Shown here one piece after another: positions 8,650 through 20,322 of a stretch of DNA of 64,000 nucleotides. The stretch is from positions 2,976,001 through 3,040,000 of the forward strand of contig CBDBGH010000003.1 of NCBI GenBank assembly GCA_965205265.1, in the 5' to 3' direction. Both the position numbers and the translations under genes were made by a program. The DNA is from Alphaproteobacteria bacterium. Lineage in GTDB: Bacteria > Pseudomonadota > Alphaproteobacteria > Bin95. The first letter of the stretch is position 1. Each line of letters starts with the position of its first letter. The notes beneath the pieces are model-generated. The model saw only the letters and a program-made list of their open reading frames with translations. It was not told the DNA's origin and did not search any database.

Positions 8650-11298
8650 ATGGAAAAGACGATCTACGGCTTCGTGTTCCGCCACAGCCTGGCGCAGCAG
8701 CTCTTCCTGCTCGCGCTCACCGTCGCGTCTTTCCCGGTGCTCTACGTTTCGCTCGAACTGCCCAAGCAGATCATCAACGACGCCATCGGCGGCTCGGGCT
8801 TCCCCCGGTCGCTGCTGGGGCTGGAGCTCGGGCAGATCGAGTATCTGATGGTGCTGAGCTTCGCCTTCCTCGGCCTCGTGCTGCTGAACGGCGCGTTCAA
8901 ATTCGCCATCAACACCGGCAAGGGCCGCCTCGGCGAACGGCTGCTGCGCCGGCTGCGCTACGACCTCTATTCGCGCCTGCTGCGCTTCCCGCTGCCGGTC
9001 TTCAAGCGGATGGGCCAGGGCGAGATCATCCCGATGGTGACGCAGGAGGTGGAGCCGCTCGGCGGATTCATGGGCGATGCGCTGGCGCAGCCGGTCTATC
9101 AGCTCGGAATCCTGGTCACCATCGGCGCCTTCATGCTGATCCAGGAGCCGATCCTGGGCCTGGCGGCGCTCGCGCTCTACCCCTTCCAGATGTATGCAAT
9201 CCCGAAGCTCCAGCGCCGGGTGACCGCACTGGCGAAGGAGCGGGTGCAGCATGTGCGGCGGCTCTCCGACCGGATCGGCGAATCGATCTCCACCATCGAG
9301 GCCGTCCACGCCGATGACGGCTCCAACCGGTTGCGCGCCGACATCGCCAACCGCCTCGGCGGCATATACGACATCCGCTTCGAGATCTTCCGCCGCAAGT
9401 TCTTCATCAAGTTCCTCAACAACTTCCTGGCGCAGCTCACCCCCTTCTTCTTCTATTCCATCGGCGGCTACCTGATTATCGAGGGCCGGCTCAGCTTCGG
9501 CGCCATGGTCGCCGTGCTCGCCGCCTACAAGGACATGTCCGCGCCCTGGAAAGAGCTGCTGGCCTACTACCAGCAGCAGGCCGACGCGCGCATCAAATAC
9601 GACCAGGTGGTCCAGCAGTTCGACCCGCCCGGCATGATCGACGAGGCGCTGCAGGTGGAGGAGGCCGACGCCCTGCCGGAGATCGGGCCGGACAGCCGGC
9701 TTGCCTTCGAAAACGCCGCCTATGCCGAGGACGAGATTTCCCAGCCCGTGCGCAGCGCCACGCTCTCCCTCGGCCTTGACGAGCATGTCGCCATCGTCGG
9801 CCCGAGCGGCGGCGGCAAGGAGGAGCTCGGCCTGCTGGCCGCCCGGCTGGCGGTCGTCACCGGCGGGCGGGCGCATCTGGACGGAACCGCGCTCGCCGAG
9901 CTGCCGCAGGCCGTGTTCGGGCGCCGGGCGGCCTATGTCGGGCCGAATGCCAGCCTCTTCAACGCGAGCCTGCGCGAAAACCTGCTGTTCGGCCTGCGCC
10001 ACCGGCCGCTGCGCCCCGCCGACCTCGAACCCGGGGAAGCGGCGCGCCGCGAGGCCCGCGCGGCCGAGGCCCGCCGCTCCGGCAACAGCGAGGAGGACAT
10101 CGGCGCGGACTGGGTGGACTACGAGGCCGCCGGCGCCGCCCCCGGCGCGGAGATGGCGCGCCGGATGGTGGAGGTGCTGACGGCCGTCGGCCTCGACGAC
10201 GACCTCTATGCGCTCGGCCTGCGCGGCGTGCTGGACGGGGACGCCCATGCGGGCCTCGCCGCGCGCGTGCTGCAAGCGCGGAGGGCGCTCCGCTCCCGCC
10301 TCGATGCGCCGGGTGCGGCCGCGCCCATCGAGCCCTTCGACGCCGGCGCCTACAATGTCAACGCCACGCTCGCGGAGAACCTGCTGTTCGGCGCGCCCAT
10401 CGGGCCGGCCTTCCAGGTGGAGAACCTTGCGGGCCACCCCTTCGTGCGCAGCGTGCTGGAGGAAGCGGGGCTGCTGGACCGGCTGGAGGGCATCGGCCTC
10501 CAGGTGGCGAAGATCATGGTGGAGCTGTTCGCCGACATCGACCCCGGCCACGAGCTCTTCCAGCAGTTCTCCTTCATCGACGCCGACGACCTGCCCGACT
10601 TCCGGGCGATCGCCGCGCGCGCCGACCGGCTGGGTCTGGAGGGGCTGGAGGGGGAGGAGCGGCAAAGGCTGCTCGGCCTGCCCTTCCTGCTGATCCCGGA
10701 GCGCCACCGCCTCGGGCTCATCGACGACGCCATCCGCGCCGACCTGCTGACGGCGCGGCGCCTCTTCCGCGAGCGCCTGCCGGAGGCGGACCGCGCCTCG
10801 GTCGAGTTCTTCGACGCGGACCGCTACACGGCGCGCGCCAGCCTCCAGGACAACATCCTGTTCGGGCGCATCCGCCACGGCCAGGCGCATGGCGCGGCGC
10901 GGGTGAGCGCGCTGCTCGGCGAGGTCGTGGACGAGGTCGGCATCCGCGATGCCGTGATGGAGGCGGGGCTCGCCTTCCAGGTCGGCATCGGCGGCAGCCG
11001 CCTGACGCAGACCCAGCGCCAGAAGCTCGCCTTCGCCCGCGCGCTGCTGAAGCGCCCGGCGCTGCTGGTGGTCAACATGGCGACCGCGGGCGTCGAGCGC
11101 GTGGCGCGCGAGATGCTGTTCCTCGCCGCCCGCACGGCGATGGAGGGGCGCGGCATCGTCTGGGTGCTGGAGGCGCCGGAGCTGGCGGAGAGCTTCCCGC
11201 GCATCGTCGCGGTCGAGGAGGGCCGCACGGTGGAGGACGGGACTTACGAGGCGCTGAGGGAGGCCGGCGGCCCGTTCGCCCGGCTCCTCAGGCAGTAA
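8650..11298 (+). CDS. ABC exporter (TMD-NBD fusion) with degenerate, insertion-containing NBD
   Basis: N-terminal multi-TM ABC membrane domain; Walker A GPSGGGKEE, signature-like LTQTQRQ, Walker B LLVVNM. Confidence 0.85.
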   Translation: MEKTIYGFVFRHSLAQQLFLLALTVASFPVLYVSLELPKQIINDAIGGSGFPRSLLGLELGQIEYLMVLSFAFLGLVLLNGAFKFAINTGKGRLGERLLRRLRYDLYSRLLRFPLPVFKRMGQGEIIPMVTQEVEPLGGFMGDALAQPVYQLGILVTIGAFMLIQEPILGLAALALYPFQMYAIPKLQRRVTALAKERVQHVRRLSDRIGESISTIEAVHADDGSNRLRADIANRLGGIYDIRFEIFRRKFFIKFLNNFLAQLTPFFFYSIGGYLIIEGRLSFGAMVAVLAAYKDMSAPWKELLAYYQQQADARIKYDQVVQQFDPPGMIDEALQVEEADALPEIGPDSRLAFENAAYAEDEISQPVRSATLSLGLDEHVAIVGPSGGGKEELGLLAARLAVVTGGRAHLDGTALAELPQAVFGRRAAYVGPNASLFNASLRENLLFGLRHRPLRPADLEPGEAARREARAAEARRSGNSEEDIGADWVDYEAAGAAPGAEMARRMVEVLTAVGLDDDLYALGLRGVLDGDAHAGLAARVLQARRALRSRLDAPGAAAPIEPFDAGAYNVNATLAENLLFGAPIGPAFQVENLAGHPFVRSVLEEAGLLDRLEGIGLQVAKIMVELFADIDPGHELFQQFSFIDADDLPDFRAIAARADRLGLEGLEGEERQRLLGLPFLLIPERHRLGLIDDAIRADLLTARRLFRERLPEADRASVEFFDADRYTARASLQDNILFGRIRHGQAHGAARVSALLGEVVDEVGIRDAVMEAGLAFQVGIGGSRLTQTQRQKLAFARALLKRPALLVVNMATAGVERVAREMLFLAARTAMEGRGIVWVLEAPELAESFPRIVAVEEGRTVEDGTYEALREAGGPFARLLRQ

Positions 11299-11315
11299 CG
11301 AGGAGGAAGGGACCC

Positions 11316-11774
11316 ATGGCGCTCAACGAGGAAGTCGAGGCGCTCCGCGCCATCCCGCTGTTCCAGCGCATCGAGGCGTCCAAGCTGCGCCTGCTCGCCT
11401 TCACCAGCGAGCGGGTGCGCTTCGAGCCGGGCGACCTCGTGGTGAGGCAGGGCGATATCGGCGACGCCGCCTATATCGTGCTGGAGGGGGCGGCCGAAGT
11501 GCTGGTGGACACGCCCCAGGGCCCGCTCAAGGTCGCCGATGTCGGCCGCAACGACATTGTCGGCGAGATCGCGATCCTGATCGACGTGCCGCGCACCGCC
11601 ACCGTGCGCGCGACCGACGCGGTGACGGCGCTGCGCATCTCGAAGGAGCTGTTCTTCCGGCTGGTGGCGGAGTTCCCGCAAATGGCGGTCGAGATCATGC
11701 GCGAGCTCGCCCAGCGCCTCGACAGAACCACCAACGACCTCCGCGAAGCCCGCGCACAGCTGGCCGCCGGGTGA
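11316..11774 (+). CDS. Stand-alone cyclic nucleotide-binding domain protein
   Basis: AGGAGG RBS; VRQGDIGDAAYIVLEG, GEIAIL and PRTATVRA phosphate-binding cassette; no HTH. Confidence 0.9.
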   Translation: MALNEEVEALRAIPLFQRIEASKLRLLAFTSERVRFEPGDLVVRQGDIGDAAYIVLEGAAEVLVDTPQGPLKVADVGRNDIVGEIAILIDVPRTATVRATDAVTALRISKELFFRLVAEFPQMAVEIMRELAQRLDRTTNDLREARAQLAAG

Positions 11775-11848
11775 GCGGGAGGATGGCGCGGGAGCTCTCC
11801 TCGCCCGCTCGCGGGCGAAGCCCGGCGGAAGCCCGCCGCGCCGGGAGG

Positions 11849-12155
11849 CCCTCCCCCAACCCCTCCCGCAAGCGGGAGGGGAGAACAGGGGCCGTCCGCC
11901 GCCGGGCGGGAAGAAGCACGGGAAGAAGCCGGACAAACACCGTCATTCCGGCTCCCACTGTCGTCACCCCGGACTTGATCCGGGGTCCAGCTCCGGCTCT
12001 CTCGGCAGCCTCAGGCGGTTCGTCCTGCTCTCCACCGGCTGCGGCGGCATCGGGAGCCATGGATGGACCCCGGCTCGGGGGCCGGGGTGCCCCCCGCTTT
12101 CGCGGGGGCAGGCGGGGCGTTCGGGGCAACCCCCGCTTCCACGGGGGCAGGCGGG
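11849..12155. repeat. Cluster of REP-like palindromes from several families
   Basis: CCCTCCCGCAAGCGGGAGGG hairpin; GTCACCCCGGACTTGATCCGGGGTCC..GGACCCCGG variant; two copies of CCCCCGCTT(T/C)(CG/CA)CGGGGGCAGGCGGGGCG. Confidence 0.7.
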
Positions 12156-12189
12156 GCGCGGCGGCCGAAGGGGCGCGGAGCGCCGCGGC

Positions 12190-12681
12190 ATGACCCGCCT
12201 CGACAGCGCCATCCGCCGCCTTGAGGCCCAGCGCGCCTGCCTCGACCGGGCGGCGGCGCTCATCCGGGGCGTGCCCGGCCCGGTGCTGGAGCTCGGCCTC
12301 GGCAACGGGCGCACCTACGACCATCTCCGCGCCCGCCTGCCGGACCGCGACATCTTCGTGTTCGAGCGTGCGCCCGCCGCCCACCCCGACTGCACCCCGC
12401 CCGAAGACCGCCTCATAATCGGCGACTTCCTCGACACCCTGCCGAATGTCCGCCTGCCCGCCCCCGCCGCCCTCGTCCACGCCGACATCGGCACCGGCGA
12501 CAAGGCCGCCTCGCTGGCGCTGGCAAAGGCCCTCGCCCCCCTCCTCCCCCGCCTGACAACCCCCGGCGCCGTCCTCGCCGCCGACCAGCCCATGCCGCTC
12601 CCCGGCTGGACGGAGGAGCCGCTGCCGGAGGGCGTCGCCCCGGGCCGCTACCGCCTCTACCGGCGGCCGGCGGGAGGCTGA
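12190..12681 (+). CDS. SAM-dependent methyltransferase (Methyltransf_17-like)
   Basis: MTRLDSAIRRLEAQR...VLELGLGNGRTYDHLR, ALVHADIGTG. Confidence 0.85.
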   Translation: MTRLDSAIRRLEAQRACLDRAAALIRGVPGPVLELGLGNGRTYDHLRARLPDRDIFVFERAPAAHPDCTPPEDRLIIGDFLDTLPNVRLPAPAALVHADIGTGDKAASLALAKALAPLLPRLTTPGAVLAADQPMPLPGWTEEPLPEGVAPGRYRLYRRPAGG

Positions 12682-12821
12682 GCGGCGGGCAGGCACCCTC
12701 GCCCCGGCCCCCGCCTGTCCCTGCCCCTGAGCGGGGAAGCCGGGGCAGGCTCCTCCGCCATATCCGAACGCCCGCTCCGCCGTGCCCGCCCCCCATATCG
12801 TCATGCCCGTCCCCCCATATC

Positions 12822-12907
12822 GTCATGCCCGGACTTGTTCCGGGCATCTCCCTCGGGACCCTCGCGGCAGCGGCCGTATGGATGGCCGGAACAAGTCCGG
12901 CCATGAC
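12822..12907. repeat. REP-like 86-bp palindromic element (family A)
   Basis: GTCATGCCCGGACTTGTTCCGGGCATC...GATGGCCGGAACAAGTCCGGCCATGAC; related copies at 32261, 41658, 41849 and 55375. Confidence 0.9.
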
Positions 12908-12980
12908 GGGAAAAAGGCATGACGATGGGGAACGAGTGGAGCCTCGCACCGCGAGTTTCGGCATAGTTTCCTCAAATAAC

Positions 12981-13009
12981 TTGCATCCCGCCCATTTGTT
13001 CCCTATATA
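12981..13009 (+). promoter_or_regulatory. Putative sigma70 promoter
   Basis: TTGCAT-N17-TATATA in an AT-rich patch. Confidence 0.55.
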
Positions 13010-13267
13010 CCCCAGAAACCCGCGCCAACAGCGAGGAAGCGAGGCGATGACGTGGATTTGAACCGGGGCGCCGGTCGGCGCTTCATGAGGGATGCGGGAG
13101 CTGTGTCGAGGGGCGGACGCCCAACCGGACAGCTGCGCGCGTCCGCCGGCCGGCAGGAAGCCCCGGCGCATTAAACCCGGAATGCCGGCCGCACCGGCCG
13201 GCGCGGTAATCTGGAACGAAACGGAACGGGCGCGAGCCGCCCGGAAGGAAAGACAGTGGAGAGGGCG

Positions 13268-13696
13268 ATGGAAAACATGGCGGACGCGATGACGGGCGGC
13301 ATGGCGGGGCCGAGGCCGGGCAAGGCGGTGGGCGAGGACCTGCGCCGCCGGGCGGTGGCGGCGGTGCTGGAGCGGGGGATGAGCTTCGAGGCGGCGGGCC
13401 GGCAGTTCGAGGTGGCGGCGAGCAGCGTTTTCCGCTGGGTCCGGCGCTTTCGCGAGCAGGGCAATTTCAAGCCGGGCCGGCCCCGCGGCCGCCCCTCGCG
13501 GATCGAGCCGGAGCGCGCCCGGATCCTCCGCATCCTGGAGGAGCGCCCGGACATCAGCGGCCGGGCGCTGCGGGGCGTGCTTGCCGAGGAAGGCGCGGTC
13601 TTCAGCGCGGCCGCGGTGCAGCGCTTCCTTTTGCAAAACGGCCTCGACCGCAAGACGCGCCGCGCGCGGCGGCAGGGCCGCGCGGACCGGGCGTAG
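13268..13696 (+). CDS. IS630-transposase N-terminal-like HTH protein lacking a DDE domain
   Basis: EDLRRRAVAAVLERGMSFEAAGRQFEVAASSVFRWVRRFRE, plus second HTH EERPDISGRAL...SAAAVQRFL; no downstream DDE ORF. Confidence 0.7.
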   Translation: MENMADAMTGGMAGPRPGKAVGEDLRRRAVAAVLERGMSFEAAGRQFEVAASSVFRWVRRFREQGNFKPGRPRGRPSRIEPERARILRILEERPDISGRALRGVLAEEGAVFSAAAVQRFLLQNGLDRKTRRARRQGRADRA

Positions 13697-14018
13697 CGGC
13701 CAGGAGCGGGAGCCGGTGCATATGCCACCGCCGGGGCGGGCATCGGCTTCTAGCTTCGCATATGATGCGCTCGCCGGTGAGGGCATTGCACGGGAGGAGG
13801 AGAGCCGATGACCGACTGGACGACATGCCCGGCTGTGGAACGCACGCCGGGAAAGGTCAGCGGCGCATGGGTCTTCGCCGGCACGCGGATTCCCCTGTTC
13901 GCGCTTTACGAAAACCTGGCCGCCGGCGCTACGGTGTATGCGGTGCGAGCGCCCCACCTTCATACAGGCCTGGTGATGTGGGAGTTAGGGTTCGGAATGA
14001 GACGAAGGGAATTTCTCA

Positions 14019-14417
14019 TTGGAGCCCTCAGCAGAGCTTCTCACCAACGCCAGGGTTGAAGTGTTGCCGGCGCGTGGCGGCTTTCGCCGTCGCTGGCCGG
14101 CTTCGGTGAAAGCGCGGATTGTTGCCGAGACACTGGAGGAAGGCGCGACGGTCGCCGGGGTAGCGCGTCGCTACGAGATCAACTCGAACCAGCTGTCGGA
14201 ATGGCGCCGCCAGGCACGGAAGGGCCTTCTGGTGTTGCCTGCGGAGGGCGAGATGGGTTTTGCTCCGGTGGTCTTGCGTCAGGATGAGCGCCGGGTTCCC
14301 GCTGCGGGCAGCGACCGCCTGGAAGTGATCCAGGACCGGGTGACGCTCCGTCTGGACGCCGCGACACCGGCTTGCCGGATCGCCGAGATCGTGTCGGCGT
14401 TGAACGCATCGGTATGA
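14019..14417 (+). CDS. tnpA: IS66 accessory protein TnpA
   Basis: RRRWPASVKARIVAETLEEGATVAGVARRYEINSNQLSEWRR HTH; exact start uncertain. Confidence 0.88.
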   Translation: MEPSAELLTNARVEVLPARGGFRRRWPASVKARIVAETLEEGATVAGVARRYEINSNQLSEWRRQARKGLLVLPAEGEMGFAPVVLRQDERRVPAAGSDRLEVIQDRVTLRLDAATPACRIAEIVSALNASV

Positions 14418-14767
14418 TCTTCCCATCGAACCGGGTCCGGATCGTGGTTGCGACGAAGCCCGTGGACTTCAGGAAGCAGCACGACGGCCTTGTTGCGCAT
14501 GTGAAGAGCGTATTGCGCAAGGACCCGTTCACGGGAACGGTCTTCGCGTTCCGTACGAAACGAGCTGACAGGCTGAAGCTGATCTACTGGGACGGGACCG
14601 GCCTGGTGATGGTCTACAAGCGTCTGGAGGACCAGGGCTTTGTCTGGCCGGCGATCCGCGACGGGGTGATGTCGCTGAGCCATGCGCAGTTCGAGGCGCT
14701 GTTCTCCGGGCTGGACTGGCGCCGTGTGCGAGCGCTGTCGGCACGGCGCCCGGCTGAGGCCGAATGA
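14414..14767 (+). CDS. tnpB: IS66 accessory protein TnpB
   Basis: ATKPVDFRKQHDGL...KLIYWDGTGLVMVYKRLE...FVWP. Confidence 0.93.
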   Translation: MIFPSNRVRIVVATKPVDFRKQHDGLVAHVKSVLRKDPFTGTVFAFRTKRADRLKLIYWDGTGLVMVYKRLEDQGFVWPAIRDGVMSLSHAQFEALFSGLDWRRVRALSARRPAEAE

Positions 14768-16665
14768 CTCACTGGGCGGATCGGGGCGTGCCGCGTCCCG
14801 ACACTGTGCTACCAGACTGGCCATGCCGGCCCTTGCGGAGATCGACCTCGGAACGCTGACGCCCGAACAGCGGGAAGCGGCGGTGCAGGCAATCGCGGCG
14901 CTGGAGGTGCTTCGCGCCGAGAACGAGACGCTGGCGGAAGAGAAGGCCTGTCTCGCGGGCGAGAACGAAGTTCTGACGGACCGCAACGGGGCTCAGGCGG
15001 AGCGCATCCGCCGTCTCGAACATCTGAACCTCGAACTGATCCGCCTTCTGTATGGCAAGAGGTCGGAGAAGCTGTCGGCGGACGAGCGCCAGCTGGCGTT
15101 CGAGGACCTTGAGGGCGCGGCGGCGGAGATCGAAGCAGCGGCCGCGCCGGAAGATCCGACGCCGGCCCAATCGCCGAAGCGTCCTCGCCCGGCGCGCAAT
15201 ATCGGCCACTTGCCGGAGCATCTGGAGCGGATCGAGCAGGTGGTCGAGCCGGAGAGCACGCTCTGCCCCTGCGGCTGCGGGGAGATGGTGAAGATTGGCG
15301 AGGATCGCACGGAGCGCCTGGACATCGTGCCGGCGCAGCTTCGGGTGATCGTCACGGTGCGGCCGAAATACGCCTGCCGGGCCTGCGAACAGGGCGTCAC
15401 CCAGGCGCCGGCGCCGGCCCGGCTGATCGAGGGCGGGTTGCCGACCGAAGGCGCGATCGCCCATGTGCTCGTCTCCAAATACCTGGACCATTGCCCGTTG
15501 CACCGGCAGGCGCAGGTCTATGCCCGTTCCGGCCTCGATCTGGACCGCTCGACGCTGGCCGGCTGGGTCGGCAGGGCGTCATTCCATCTGAAACCGGTGG
15601 CCGACCGGCTGGCGGAGCATCTCAAGCGCTCTTCGAAGCTGTTCATGGACGAGACGCGGGCGCCGGTGCTCGATCCGGGCCGCGGCAGGACCAAGACCGG
15701 CTGGCTGTGGGCGCTGGCCCGCGACGACCGTGCCTGGAGCGGACCCGACCCGCCGGGCGTTGTGTACTTCTATGCGCCCGGGCGCGGCGGTGAATATGCC
15801 GAGCGCTTCCTCGACGGCTTCGATGGTATCCTCCAGGTGGATGGCTATGCCGGCTACAACCGGCTGACTGGACCGAGCCGCAAGGGCGGCGCGCCGATAC
15901 GGCTGGCTTACTGCTGGTCCCACGCGAGGCGCCGGCTCCGCGAGATCTACGACAGCAGCGGCTCCGAGATCGCGGCAGAGGGCCTGCGCCGGATCGCCGA
16001 GCTCTACGCCATCGAGGCCGACATCCGCGGCAGCCCGCCCGAGCAACGTCTCGCAGAACGACACGCGCGCTCCGCGCCCCTGGTCGAGGCCTTCGGCGAC
16101 TGGCTGAAGCAGCAGCGCGCCCGCATCTCGCCCAAGTCCCGCCTCGGCGAGAAGCTCGCCTATATCGCCCGTCACTGGGACGGCCTCCGGCTGTTCCTCG
16201 CCGACGGCCGCGTCGAGATGGACAGCAATGCCGTCGAGAACCTCGCCCGGCCGATTGCCCTTACAAGGAAAAACGCGCTCTTCGCGGGTCACGACGAAGG
16301 CGCAGTCGCCTGGGGCCGGATCGCTTCACTCACCCAGACCGCCAGGTTGAACGGGGTCGAGCCCTACGCCTGGCTCAAGGCCACCCTCGAAGCCATCGCG
16401 GTCGGCCATATGGCGCGACAATCTGGGTGAGAGCTGCGCGTCAATCAGGATGAGATTCCCGGCGGCAGCGGCGAGTTGATGATTGCCGCGCGGGGGGTGG
16501 ATTGCAAGCGGTTTCCGGTTTTGATTGTCGCGGCGCGACAAACAGTGTTTTCGGGAATGGTTTTGATTGTCGCGGCAGGCCGTCGGGTCGGAGAAGAGAC
16601 GGCGCGCGGAGACGATCCCCGCGGGCCCTGATTGTCGTGGCCGCTCTACCTGAGCAGGCGGCGGC

Positions 16666-19034
<2,369 letters not shown>

Positions 19035-19360
19035 TCACCGTTCGCCCGGCCGGCCCTGGCCGCCAGAAGGCCCGGGGGAAATTTTTCGAGCCGGCGGCCC
19101 GGAACTCCGGTCGGGCTACGCCCTCCCTGCGTTCCAGGCCGCCGCCTTCCCCCGTCTCATCCTGATTGACGCAAACGTCTCAGCTTGATTGACGCGCCGC
19201 ACGGCCATCCCAACGACCGCATCGACGACCTGCTCCCGTGGAACTTCAAGCCGTCGTCAAGCTGAAATCCGGGTGACCCGCCCGCATCGCTTACCGATGA
19301 GCAGCAGGTTCGCGCCGTGCTCGAACACGAAGCCCGGGCGCTCAGGACGGACTTGGTTCG

Positions 19361-19420
19361 GTGAAGCCGCTGCTCGCCAGGGACGCCCGCCCGTTACGGA
19401 ACCGCCTCACTGCTGGCCGT
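19361..19420 (+). pseudogene. Degenerate remnant of a DUF5615/PIN-like toxin partner of DUF433
   Basis: GTG overlaps the DUF433 stop; frameshifted reading gives MKxLL..GTPA-PLRNRLT, resembling the start of DUF5615 PIN toxins. Confidence 0.45.
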
Positions 19421-20322
19421 GCCTGCGGCGGCAGGGGTTCACCATCCGCCAATGCACAGTGCTACCAACACCACTACTTTGAGAATGTCATGATATGCTC
19501 AGTCTTCATTCTTCTAAACAAATTTGTTTCCTCCGATCTAAGTAGTGGCATATACCGGCTTCGCTCTGGAATTTCTCGCGTGAAGTGATCTATAATTTTG
19601 AAGCCACTCTGCTCGGCAGATAGCTTCAGCAACTCACTATTCCTCACCTCGTGTCCTTTCACACGAGAATTTCCAACAACATAAGTTGCCTGCCGGTTTG
19701 GTGCCAGTACTCGATGTGCTTCGCGCAGAATCGAGCACAAATCACCATAGTAGCGCCGAAGCATATTCCTCTTTTTCTCCCCTACATCCGGGTGTAAATT
19801 TTCGAAAAACTCCTGCGCTCGTCCATTCACCCGTCGCACCCGAACGATTTCCGCTCCAACAAACCGCGCACGCAGCTTCCTCAATTTGGTGATCGAGTAC
19901 CCAAGCCAGATCAGGGACATTCTGTGCCCCCGCATATAATCTATTGCATTCAAATACGGAGGGGAAGTCACTATTCGATCAACAGAACCTGACCTAACAC
20001 GCCCCATTCTCCGCGCATCGCCTCTATATGCAGACACATCCTTTTGAATTTTCCCGGACGACAACGCCTTTAGCACATGGTCCAACGATCCCGGAAGGGC
20101 GTCAAAGAGATCGAACTCATTCTCAATGATTGTGCGATGTGGACGGCTATGAGCAGTGTCCCTCGCTCGAGAAGCCTTCGGCTCTTTCGTCACAATCAAG
20201 CGGGAGACCGAAACCTTCAGCGCATTCATGACGGGACCACTTGAGAGCATCGGCTCCTGTACCATTACAAATGCCAACTTACGCAACTGTTCCGTAAGCG
20301 ATGCGGGCGGGTCACCCGGATT

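Noticed and set aside
13214-13227. LexA box upstream of the IS630-like HTH gene
   Set aside because: Spacing is GAAC-N6-GAAC, not N7.
14414-14767. TnpB as an RNA-guided Cas12 ancestor
   Set aside because: This is the 117-aa IS66 accessory TnpB, unrelated to IS200/IS605 TnpB; no RuvC motifs.
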